NCBI RefSeq assembly: GCF_006345805.1
Contig: NC_042997.1
Location: forward strand, 169,880,001 to 169,944,000
Source of the DNA: Octopus sinensis
Taxonomy: Eukaryota
Length of the DNA stretch: 64,000 bases
Direction: 5' to 3'
Shown here: piece by piece, positions 24,245 through 37,291 of the stretch
Layout: every line of letters begins with the position of its first letter
How positions within the stretch are numbered: the first letter of the stretch is position 1
Program-made: the position numbers and the translations under genes
The notes under the pieces: generated by a model
What the model saw: the letters and a program-made list of their open reading frames with translations, nothing else
Database searches by the model: none
What the model was told of the DNA's origin: nothing

Positions 24245-27200
24245 TATATATCCCTACTTTAAAAGCTAAATAATTTTATCTATTTCCGAATAGGAAACAT
24301 AATAAGTAGCGTTGCATTAACAGTAAACAAACTAACTAGAAAATATTCGCTATAATATATTACATAAGAAAAACTTGATAGCAAACCGCTATACTCAGAT
24401 ATTCAGATGGTTTCCAGTCCTCCATATCAGCTAGCTTTTTCTCAACTACAACTTTAATCTTTATGCTCTCAAACATGATTGTTCACTAATTCATCAAGCT
24501 GATACTGTATAAAAGAGGCGTAAAAAATAATCAAATTTAACCCGAAAGCTTTGTACATGTTAATTTATATCCCAAACAATAAATTCATAATGACAAAATT
24601 ATTTCAGTAAATTCTTTGTTATTTCCAGAATTAATTGAAATAAACAAGGTGTTTCTCAAACAGAAATATGGTGGTAATGAAAGGGTTAAACATTCTGAGC
24701 TGCGACATGCTATATCTGCTGGCTTGTATTTTGTTCATACAACAGCCTTCAGCTGTTTGATTATTTTCTTTATGACTGATAGAGAAGGAAGAGCAGTGCC
24801 CAAGACTTTTTTGCAAGACTTCTGAGACTGGTGGGTGGAAACGGAAGAAAGTTATTGCATTAGGAAGTAGTGTAGCTTGATCAAGTTATCTCAAATAGTG
24901 GTGATGTTAAACTGGATGAGGAATTAAGTCTCACCCACCTCCAAAGAAAGAAATAGAATAACAGGATAGTTAGTTGCATTGACACCAGTATTTAACTGGT
25001 ACTTTACTTTATTTACCCTGGAAGGACGAAAAGGTAAAGTCAATCATGTTGGGATTTGAACCCAGAATGTAAAGAGCTGGAATAACTACCAGCACAGTGT
25101 CTGTTTATTCATTTCCATTCACATGCTTTGGGTGAGTCTGAGGCTTAGGTGCTGCACAGTGAGGTTATATCCAAAACAATGTGATTGCTATGCAAACATT
25201 TTAACTACACATCTTTTCCTGCATCCAATGGATAATTAATGTGAATAGTTTCCTTTGTAAGCAGTATTTGGAACTTTTAATTCCCATCCTTTGTTCAACT
25301 CTTTTGATTTCAGTTAAAATTTCCAATATGCATATAGATGGTCTTAGTCGATACAGTACAGCGTCTCTTCTACAATTACAAAATCTAGAAATTTTTCTGT
25401 TTATTATTCATAATACTTCTTCATCAGTAACATGGTAACAGATGGCTTTCTAATGGACAAAATCTCTTTGCTGTCTAAAAAATTCTCAAGTTATTAATCT
25501 AGTCACTAATACTAAGCTTTATAAGTGAAAGAAGTCATTTATTCACCAATATGCTACCCAGAGACACACATATATACACATTTTTGTAGAAGTGATGCTG
25601 ATTATTTTAGTTCTATATTTCACATAAATTTGGAATGTGCACTGGTTGTGCAACACAGTTTTATTTTACCAAATTTATAGCTTTTCATCATAATTTACAT
25701 TTTAAGTGCAGGATATCTTTCTATGATTTTTCTTAAGTGGGCATAGGAAAGTAATTGTAGTTTACTAGTGTGTGTAGCTTACTGGTTCAACTATTTAGTT
25801 AATTATTTATTTATTAATTATTCAGAAGTCTTATTTTTATTACGTGTTTTCATTAACTGTATCTATTTTACACAGTTCCCATATTCTAAGAATTTAACAG
25901 GTATCATGTGCTTTTAAAAAATGTTTATATTTCATTAAGTAATGAATCAGTGATTGACAGTTAGACTCATTGCTTTCAATTTAATTGTACAACAGAGTTA
26001 TTGATCATCAATGCATGCCCATAAAGAAATGAAATATTTTGCAGCTTAATAGCTTTCCTTATGTGAAACCCCCTCAATCTAATAGCAGAGTTATCTATTT
26101 GTCAATTGCATGACCAAAAGCCACCACAGTAATGCATTTTTTAAAGAAGCAACACAATGCCTGTAGGATTTGAATTCCTGTTATAGCTATTCAGTCTTGT
26201 TCTTTTTTTTTTTTTTTTTTTTGGTGGGTGGGGTTTAAACAATTTTGCCATTATTTTTATTCTGATAACTACTGCCTATCTATAAAATTCAAATCAACTT
26301 ATCTTAGTCATAACAGTGTTTTCTCTTTGTTGCAACTGTACTGAAAGTGACTGTTGGTTTAATGATAACTGGTCTGTGAGAGATAAAAAGTATTTTTCTG
26401 CTTTTAAAGTACTATTAACTGATTAGAATAAATTATAGATTATTTGAGAAATAATTGTACAAGTTTGATTAATTGCCTCATACTCATGTCAATTGCTATC
26501 ACATTTGCCAACTGTCATCTCTATAGGTTCAAATCTTTGCCAACTATCATCACTACAGGTTTATATGCTTGCCAACTGGCATAAATAAAGGCTCATACAT
26601 TTTTGATTTTCTTCCCATGACTATGGTTTAGAAATATTATCATTACATGAAATGTTTGTGTTTATAAATAATTGGGGATTAAGCTTAAGATGAATCAAAG
26701 AATACAAATGTGGACTTGGAAAAGAATAAAATGCAAGCATTAGGAGAGAATTAAGTCCACATCTAGAACTATCAATTATGCTACTGTGTTTAACTAATTC
26801 TTCTGATTTCAGTTTGGCTCTCAGATTCCTTCTTAATCCTTTCATTCCTTTTATCTGACACAGAACTCTTGTGATAATTAATCCAATCTCTAGATTAATC
26901 AGTTCAGTACAAGAATATATATTTAGTCTTTCTCTAAGCTAGTTCTAGGGATAAACTTTGAAAGAGACCAGAGGTATGATAAATGAAAGATCATATTTTG
27001 AGCCTAATTGTGTCTTTCAAATTTGATATCAAAACTACACAAAGTATTTGCTCTCCAGTGTATTATAGGATAAATAGAACATGAGATGAAATATTTTGAA
27101 GTATTTGGTTATGCTTGTTCCTGTTTTGAGTTCAAATCTTCCACAGATCCATTTGACTTTACTCTGTAAAGGATATGCACTAATCTCTGACTACAGCTAT

Positions 27201-27643
27201 TTTTGAATTAGGGCTTAATAATTTGCTCTGTAATATGTTATATAACCAGAGACAATTTCATTTTATTTTCGGGCCATAAAAGCGTAATTGATCATGGAAG
27301 CCTAAGTTCAATTTTTCATGGTTCTTAATTTTAGTTTTTTAAAATTTTCTCATTGTGTTTCCTTCTGTGCATGGCTTTACTTAATTTTAAAAGCATGCAC
27401 GTGCACGCACACACACACGCACACACACACACACAGTCATACACAAATTATACACGTGTGTGTGTGTGTCTACATGCAAATTCAAGCACAGTTATGCAGA
27501 AGGTGGAAAGAGTGTTTGTTCACAATAAGAGAGTAGAGTTTATAAATTTGTTAAAAGCTAAAAACTTTGCTAACCATTAACCCTGGTTTCTCATTTCCAG
27601 TCTTCAGGCAGTTGTAGGGACTAGAATAAGAATGGCTATTATT

Positions 27644-27699
<56 letters not shown>

Positions 27700-28823
27700 A
27701 TATATTATATATATATATATACACGTACACGCAAGCACGCACACACATACACACATTTTTTTTCTTGCTTTTATAGAAAAATATATATAAGGGTAAATCC
27801 TTCTTAAGAGAAGTAATTGAGAAGGCAAAGAGAAAAAAAATACTGAAACTATATATTCAGAAGTGTGTTCAGAGTAAAATGCTTGGATTTTATGTTGAGC
27901 TTTGTTTTGTGTTTCATGCATAGATAGTTATATTTAATCAACATTTATTGACATTCACATTATTATTATTACTATATCTGGTCTCTTTTATTTATCCATC
28001 GTGTTGTGATTTGTCCATCACTTAATCCATTTTCCTCATTTAACTTACTTTTTCTTTTTTGTATGTTTGTTTCTGACAATAAGTTTGCACTTGCAAAGGT
28101 ATTCATACAAAGAAACTTACGTAGATGCATCTTTGTGGACATGTACAAACACGAAGACATCCGAGTGTATATGCAAAGTGTAATCATGCATGGTTATGAA
28201 TATCCATATTATTTATACAGATTAATATCAATATGGATTACATGGATCTAAAAGTATGTGCAGACACTATAATGCCATATGCTTGTAGAATGGGGCACAT
28301 ATGCGAGCATGTGAGTTTATTCTGCCTGACTGTATGTATATATGAGAATTTCTTGTGTGTGTGTGTGTGTTGTATGCATGTAAGAAAGGCAAATCTGTGC
28401 AATTAGATGTACATGTATACACATGCATGTAACTTCATACACTTTTATGTGACCGTAAACACACACATATATATATGCATATATTATGCAAATGTTCATG
28501 CATTAAGGAACATATATAAATACAAGCCTGTCTGTACCTATGCACATGTAAATGTGTGTGATAAGAATACAAAATACTGCAAGGAAAGTTATTCCCCTTG
28601 TACCACAGGCTGAGGGCTTAAATCCTTCTAAAATTTCAAAATTCCACGCACACATACCCCATTGCTTTGTTACAAAGAAGAGACTTGTATACTCTCATAT
28701 ATCAATTTACTGAAGTTGACTTTGCCTTTCATCCTTTCTGGATTGATAAAATAATTACCAGTTGAACGTTGGGGGTCTATTTAATCGACTTACTGGCCTT
28801 GTGCCAAAATTTGAAACATATAT

Positions 28824-29468
28824 ATCACAGCTGTGTGGTAAGAAGTTTGCTTCCCAACCACATGACTCTGTGTTCAAGGCACAGGCATGGCTGTGTGGTA
28901 AAAAGCTTGCTTCCAAACCACATGGCTCTGGGTTTAGTCCCACTACATGGCACCTTGGGCAAATGTCTTCTACTATAGTCTTGGGCCAACCAAAACCTTG
29001 TGAATGGATTTGGTAGACAAAAACTGAAAGGCCCATCATATATATGTATGAATGTATGTATGTATATATGTATGTATGTATGTATCACTCTGCTGAGTGG
29101 TTGGTGTTAGGAAAGGCATCCAACTGTAAAAATCCTGCCAAAACAGTCACAGAAGTCCGGTATAGGCTTCAGCCTGGCCTGTTCTTAAGGTACCGTTCTA
29201 CCCAGACTAGCATGGAATACAGACATTAAATGATGATGATGATAATGTATGTATTCATGTGGTTGTATCTGTGTTTGACCCCACCATCGCTTGACAATCG
29301 ATGTTGGTGTGTTTATGTCCCTGTAACTTAGCAGTTCGACAAAAGAAACCAATAGAATAAGTACTCGGCTAACAAAGAATAAATCCCGGGATTGATTTCT
29401 TCAACTAAAACCCATCAAGTCAGTGCTCCAGCATAGACACAGTCAAACGAATGAAACAAGTAAATGAA
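28824..29468 (+). mobile_element. Family A SINE with a duplicated head and a family C fragment (~29085-29245) nested in its central microsatellite
   Basis: Two heads (28830, 28890), then ttaggaaaggcatcc...acattaaatgatgatgat inside the TATG tract, then the SINE 3' half. Confidence 0.75.
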
Positions 29469-29624
29469 TAAAAGAATACATATATACATATCCTCTGGTA
29501 CTTTTTTCCCCAGAAAAGCAGTACACTTCGAGTATGTACTGATTCTTACTGTGGTGGCCCATCCATTCAATGCCTACAAGAAAAGTAGACATATAATGAT
29601 TTTTACACACATGCAATGCAATGC

Positions 29625-29675
29625 AATGCATACATACATACATACATACATACATACATACATACATACATACAT

Positions 29676-29714
<39 letters not shown>

Positions 29715-29770
29715 CCACACACCACACACACACACGCACACACACACACACACACACATCAATCAATCAA
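29625..29770. repeat. (ATAC)n/(AC)n compound microsatellite
   Basis: Directly visible. Confidence 0.95.
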
Positions 29771-29951
29771 TCACAGTATTGACCAGACAATCAAATATTG
29801 TTATGTGCCATTGGTCACAGTGTGTTTCCTCACATTGTTTTAGCTTTCGTAAAATTCCACACCACTGACTAGGTGGGCAGGCCAGTATAGATATACATAT
29901 ATATTCAAACCATGGCAACATGGAAAAAGGAACATTAAATGATGATGATGA

Positions 29952-30338
29952 TGAGTGGCTGTGTGGTAAGTAGCTTGCTAACCAACCACGTGGTTCCGGG
30001 TTCAGTCCCACTGCGTGGCATCTTGGGCAAGTGTCTTCTGCTATAGCCCTGGGCCGACCAATGCCTTGTGAGTGGATTTGGTAGACGGAAACTGAAAGAA
30101 GCATGTCGTATATATATATATGTGGGTGGGGTTGTGTGTCTGTGTTTGTCCCCCTAGCATTGCTTGACAACCGATGCTGGTATGTTTACGACCCTATCAC
30201 TTAGCGGTTCGGCAAAAGAGACCGATAGAATAAGTACTGGGCTTACAAAGAATAAGTCCCGGGGTCGATTTGCTCGACTAAAGGCGGTGCTCAGGCATCC
30301 TGCAGTCAAATGACTGAAACAAGTAAAAGAGTAAAGAG
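29952..30338 (+). mobile_element. Family A SINE
   Basis: High similarity to 6657-7075. Confidence 0.9.
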
Positions 30339-30388
30339 CAAAAACTGTCCGACGAACAGGAGCGTGAAACTCAGATTAACAGGTTTTG
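30339..30388 (+). ncRNA. Minimal hammerhead-like motif (Penelope-like terminal fragment)
   Basis: caaaaactgt CCGACGA aca-ggag-cgt GAAA ctcagat TA acaggttttg. Stem I pairs 9/10. AATAAA follows about 20 nt downstream. Homologous to 11932-11980. Confidence 0.55.
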
Positions 30389-30414
30389 TTGAATTTTCCG
30401 CTGCTTTAAATAAA

Positions 30415-30449
<35 letters not shown>

Positions 30450-30654
30450 CTGGTAGAATTGTTAGCACAGTGGGCAAAATATTTAACAGCATTTCATCTC
30501 TCTTTATGTTCTGAATTCAAATGGCAATGAGGTTGACTTTGCCTTTCATCCTTTTGGGGTTGATAAAATAACTACCAGTTGAACATTGGGATTGATTTAA
30601 TCAACTTAGCCCCTTCTCCCAAACCTATTGACCTTGTGCCAAAATTTGAAATCA

Positions 30655-31290
<636 letters not shown>

Positions 31291-32146
31291 TATCCTATCA
31301 AGTCTAAATTTGCTGCTACCCTTTGCCGGGTGGTGAGGCATGACCCTCTCCCTTTACCTGCTAATCATCTTAGCTTTTTTACTCATTTCCCTATCCACTT
31401 CAATCATTTTATCTCTCCTTCTTTTATAATCTTCCGTTTCTAATCACCCTACCACATATGAAATTGACAAACTATGAATGGCTGTCTCCCTACATCCTAC
31501 ACCCACCCCTGTATATACCCACCACCACCATCACTACCTCCTTGTCCTTCACTAGGCCTGTATATGAGGCTTTACTGGTTTATTCTCATTATTCTACCTG
31601 TGACCACCTTCCCTCCTCCATTTAGCTTACCATGCAGTTACCACCCTATCAATGATATAACTTTGTCTTGCCACCTGTAATGTCTGCTTGCTCACCTACT
31701 GCCATCTATCACTCTCTCTCTCTTCCCCATTTTCTCTCACTTTCCTCTCTTGACAGTTTGTCTGCCTCTCCCCCCTCTCTCTCTCTCTCTCATCCCCATG
31801 ATCTCCACTTTTCATTTTCTTTCAATGACTGTCTGTCTAGATTCCTCACCACCCTAGTCTATTTTCACTCCTTCATGTTCCCTTTTTCCTCACACTTTCT
31901 ACCCACACTTGCTCTTACTGTACAGGGTAGCCCTGGACCTGCTGCTACACAACTTACTTTCATCACCCTTACCACTCTATCCCTCTCTTTCTTACTAACT
32001 ATGGATACTAATCCCTTATCTTTCCTTAGTCTCTGTTGAATCCCTGCCACTCAGTAGTGTCTGCTCTGTTAGTCTCTCCACCCTCTCACAACTATGAAAC
32101 CGTCTTTCTCGTCTTACTTTACCATCTTTCAGTATCTTAAAAACCC

Positions 32147-32180
<34 letters not shown>

Positions 32181-32462
32181 AGGACCCCTTTAGGACCTTT
32201 ATAGTCTTGCAAATTGCAAGGCAACCTCACTAATACAGGTACCATGAAATAAAAAAAAAACATCTACACTCTATTAATGTCTGTATATAACTTCCCAAAC
32301 ATGTGGTTTTCTGTTCCATTCAGTTCCACTGCCTGATACTTAGGTTTAGTTCTTTTACTGTAGCTCTGGGTTGACCAAGGCCCAGGACTACAGTAGAATT
32401 GAGTAGATTTGGTGGTCAGAAACTGAAAGAAACCTGCTATTTGTGTGTGTGTGTGTGTGTGT

Positions 32463-34030
32463 TAAATATAAATGGCAATTTCTGTCTGTCTGTTACCATC
32501 TTCTGCCCAAACTAGGGAACCAATCTTCACCAAACTTTGTATACATGTTGAACTAATGTCCAGTTCAATTATAGGCTAATTGGATTTCAATAAAAATCTA
32601 TCATGGACTGACTACAGGGGTTGGGCTGTTACATGATAAAAGGAGAGGGGTGCAAAAGTATGAGTCTTAGGAAATTGTAGCATAATAAGGGTGGATGATA
32701 TCAGGGAAGGGGAGGAGACATGAAGCGATAGACACAGGGAATGTGAGAGATAGACAGAGAGAACGACAGACAGGGACGTCTTCCATATATAGATATAAAG
32801 GAGAGTTTGTGTGTGTGTGTGTGCACGTGCGTATCTTCTTTATGCATCCGAAAACTGAGTTGCCGATTTTGATGTGTGGGGTATCGAAAGATTCAGTAAT
32901 CTTACAACTACCAAATAAACTTTATTTTCATTTACATATTTGCATTACAAAAATTTTATATTATAATCTTTTTTTATAAGTCAACTATCATAAACATTCT
33001 ATACAAAGACGACTACGTCATATTTTCTATATGAATGTATACATTAAAAGACATCCGTTTTTCTATATTTTATGACGAAATACAGTCACTCATATACTCT
33101 CTCTCACACACACACACATACACACGCACACATATATACAAAAAAAGATGTATGCATATGTATTTATGTATATGAAAGATGTGTGTGTATGAGAGAGAGA
33201 GAGAGACTGAGTGAGTGCCACTTACACATACATGACAACACGCACCTTCACTCACACTCTCTCTCTCCTTCATGCACAAACACACACACACGTCCATTTC
33301 ATATACATGTACATACATCTTTCACTTTCTGCTCTCACTTCAAGGCAAATATCATGGTTTCACTTTCTCTTGTCTTTCAATTTCTGCTCTCTTCAAAGCA
33401 TAAATAAATAAAAAACATAATTACCAAAATTAACGAATACATTTGAAAATTGAGTTGCCGATTTTGACGTATGGTGTATCAAAAGACTCAGTAATCTTTC
33501 AGCTAACAAATAAACTTTATTTTCATTACATATTTGCTTTACAAAAATTTAACATTATAATCTTTCTATAATTCAACTATCCTAAATGACATTTTATACC
33601 ACATCGACATCACATTTTCTATATGAGTGTGTACCTGAGATATCCATTTCTCTACATTATGAGGAAATACAGTCTCTCACATGCACATGCACACATACAT
33701 ACAAAAAAGATGTATGCATATGTATTTATGTACATGTCTATGAAAGATAATGTGTGTGTGTGGGAAAGAGAACAAGTGCCACTCACACATACATGCAAAA
33801 ATGACATACATGACAACACACACTTTCACTCACTCTTTCTGCTCTCACTTCAAAGCAAATGTCGCCTCTCCACTTTCTCCTCTCTTTCAATTTCTGCTTT
33901 CTTCAATACATAAGGAATTAAAAAAATTTACAGAAATTAACGAACAATCATATGATCCCATATGATCAAGTTGACAACTTTCCCACTTCAAACAAAAGAA
34001 TGCCATAAAATAACTTCCTTTCGCACACAT

Positions 34031-34066
<36 letters not shown>

Positions 34067-35220
34067 CACAAACACAATCATACACTCAAGGCAAAACTTC
34101 TGTATGAATTATGTTATTTCTTGCTATGTGCATGCACAAAATTACAGCTCAAAACCAACTGAAATCACCTTTTTCTATTCTATAATTCTTGTTTGTGATG
34201 AGTGTATTCAAAAACCTGATCTTCGATATAAATTTAAAAGGAAGTTCTCCTAGAAATCCTGTCTTTTACCCGTTGTTTCTAGCTTATCCGCACCCACTTG
34301 ATTTTTTTCTTAAATTTCTTCCAATTCCTATGTTTTCAATACAGGAGATTAGGATTTTGCCCAAAAACACGTTTTCAATATTTTAATCTTCTCCCTCTCC
34401 ATCCCAATTTCTTCAGTTTCTACTTTTTTCAAACTTTTTTCTTGGTAATCCACGGAGAGAAAAAAATGAGTATGAATCTAAGAATTTTTTTTCTTCCTTT
34501 TTTCTTTAAGAAACACTAAAATCTCCTTCCCAAATATCCACCCATCACCTCACCACTTTCAAAAAGCTACAAACTCTCAATGTTTCACTTTTAGCTTTTT
34601 GGAAAGAAGAGAAGTTTCTTCAGGAATTATGTCATTTATATGTTGTTTCTAACATGTCAGGTTTTTGGTGGTGCTTTAATATTTTTTTGTCTGCTATTTC
34701 AGTACAATTCTATGCATGCATGAAACATCAGATGAAAGTGAAACAGATTGCTTTTAGCTTTTTGAAAGCGGGTAGGTGATGGATGGGCAAGGTGGGGAAA
34801 GGGGCATTGAGTGTTTCTTGAAGAAAAATTAAACTTTAAAAAAATATATATATATTTCCCAGATTCATAATCTCTGTATTTTTCTACATGGATAAAAAAA
34901 AATTGGTAAAAAAATTACAAATTAAGAAATTGTGGTGTAGACGGGAGAAACTAAAATTTTGAAAACGTGATTTCTGGACGAAATCATATTAACCCCCTTT
35001 TATACGACAAAACAATGCATAGTTTGTGATCCATCATAAGAAAGCACTTTTATGCAAATTACACCATCCTTCACTTCACTTTTAAACAAGCAATAACTTC
35101 CATTACACCAGTAATCCTGTACACTATATATCAGCTGTGCTGATTCTGCCCATAAAGGAACAAATAATACAATATGGTTGTAGGTCATAACACCCAGGCA
35201 ACACTGGGATGCATTGCTAG
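32463..35220 (+). mobile_element. Non-autonomous Helitron-like composite element
   Basis: 3' hairpin cccaggcaacactggg followed by CTAG|T at 35217-35221. Helitron-like 5' starts (tatataaa..tgtctgtctgt..ccaat/ccgatttt) at about 32463 and 32779. Contains a diverged ~590-bp internal tandem duplication (32850-33440 vs 33445-33945). Confidence 0.6.
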
Positions 35221-35299
35221 TGTGTGTGTGTATTTGCGCATATACACGACAGGTTTATATATATATATATATTATAATTATTATTATTATTATTATTAT

Positions 35300-35745
35300 T
35301 GGCAGTGAGCTGGCAGAATCATTAGTACACTGGGCAAAATGTTTAGCACTATTTCATACATTTTTGCATTCTGAATTCAAATTCTGCTGTGGTCAACATT
35401 GCCACAGTCAATGAAATAAGTACTAGTTACACACTGGGTTCAGTGTAATTGACTGTCCCCCTCCCCCAAATTTTCAGGCCTTGTGCCTATAGTTCAAAGG
35501 ATTGTTATTATTATAATTATTATTATTAAGGCAGCAAGGTGGCAGAATCATTAGTATGCTGGACTAAATGCTTAGCAGTACTTCGTCTGCCTTTACGTTT
35601 TCAGTTCAGAGTCTGCTGAGGTCAACTTTGCTTTTCATCCTTCCAAGGTCAATAAAATAAGTTCTGGTTGAATACTATGGATGATGTTATGAATTAGCCC
35701 CTCACCCACAAATTTCAGGCCTTGTGCCTATAGTAGAAAGAATTA
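35300..35745 (+). mobile_element. Two tandem family B (Nin-type) SINEs in an (ATT)n tract
   Basis: Heads at about 35300 and 35529, each preceded and followed by (ATT)n. Confidence 0.8.
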
Positions 35746-36119
35746 TTTTCATTATTATTATTATTTCATTTGGGTATTAACCTTGAAGTTTACCCTATTA
35801 AGCTCATCCACAGGTACTGGCAACCAGACAAGGCAGCAATTCAAAGATTGTTCTATCAAATGCATATCAGAAAATCTAAAAATATGCATTGAGTTTTTAT
35901 AACTACAATCAAGAAGAATGGAGTGAGCAAGTCTTTTTAATACATCAATTTACAATTGTTTCATCTGAATACAATCTCATCAATCTTGACATATTATGCA
36001 ATAATATATGCAACTATTGATTATTTTCTGAGAGCGATTGAAATAACACATGCCAAACCATGCTCAGCAGTATGAAAGTAATTTCATGAAAGAACTTGAA
36101 TTATCTAGAGTTTATACAC

Positions 36120-36510
36120 AGGCACAGGAGTGGCTGTATGGTAAGAAGCTTGCTTCGCAACCACATGACTCCAGGTTCAGTTCCACTGCATGGCATCTTG
36201 GGCAAGTGTCTTCTACTATAGCATCAGGCCAACCAAAGCCTTGTGAGTGGATTTGGTAGACGGAAACTGAAAGAAGCCCATCATATATATTTATATGTAT
36301 TTGTGTGTCTGTGTTTGTCTACCCCCCACCTCCACCATCATTTGACATCCGATGTTGGTGTGTTTATGTCCCTGTAACTTAGTGGTTCAGCAAAAGAAAC
36401 TGATAGAATAAGTTCTAGGTTTACAAAGAACAAGTCCTGGGGTCGATTTGTTCGACTAAAGGCAGTGCTCCAGCATGACCGCAGTTAAATGACTGAAACA
36501 AATAAAAGAA
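36120..36510 (+). mobile_element. Family A SINE
   Basis: Full head-to-tail homology. Confidence 0.88.
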
Positions 36511-37191
36511 ATACTGAGCTGGCTGTAGTTACAGGATCACATTTACATATAAACAAAGCAAACTGTTGGTGAGAGTTAACTGGTCAAGGAGCGAAAAGGA
36601 ATAGAAAAAAATGCAGAAAAAATTTTTTTTTGCTTTCAGGTGATATAATAAATTATTGGTTGGTTATCAGTTCCTATATCCACATGATTTTATAGCTGTG
36701 TTCTTCATTAGTGTTGTATGGTTTTAAAGTATACTTATTCTATCAGCTACTTAGATGAGGAAACTGAGACATGCCTCTATCATTTTAATGCTCCCAAAGT
36801 CTGCTATCCACCAAATTATAACAATCATGCAAATTTTGTCTATCTTGTAGTCAGGTGTCAGCTACTTCAATGGCCTGTGATCGTGCACATGCACACACAG
36901 TGAAAGATATAGATGATACATACACAGCAGATGGCTTATATATTTCTTACTATTTCTTTTCCTTCCTTGTGTGTGTATGTGTGTGTGTGGTGCAATGATT
37001 CAAATAGGGAAAATAGAACTCAAAACATGAGTATATATATATATATGTTTTTTTTATTAATAATTGGCAAAGTTACTGAATGACTCTAGGACCAGGATTT
37101 TTGTGCACTGATAATGTGAACACATGAAACTCTCAGCCCTTGAATCACTCTGCAATTTCTACTGATTATTAATTAAAAATATACTTCTGTA

Positions 37192-37228
<37 letters not shown>

Positions 37229-37259
37229 CAGCGTGGAAGGCGGACATTGAACGATGATG

Positions 37260-37291
<32 letters not shown>

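Noticed and set aside
25314-25434. Plus-strand candidate exon (ttttgatttcAG ... tg|GTAAC)
   Set aside because: Its open frame is incompatible with the phase-0 ASCC3 intron, the peptide is unrecognisable, and the flanking ASCC3 exons already join without a gap.
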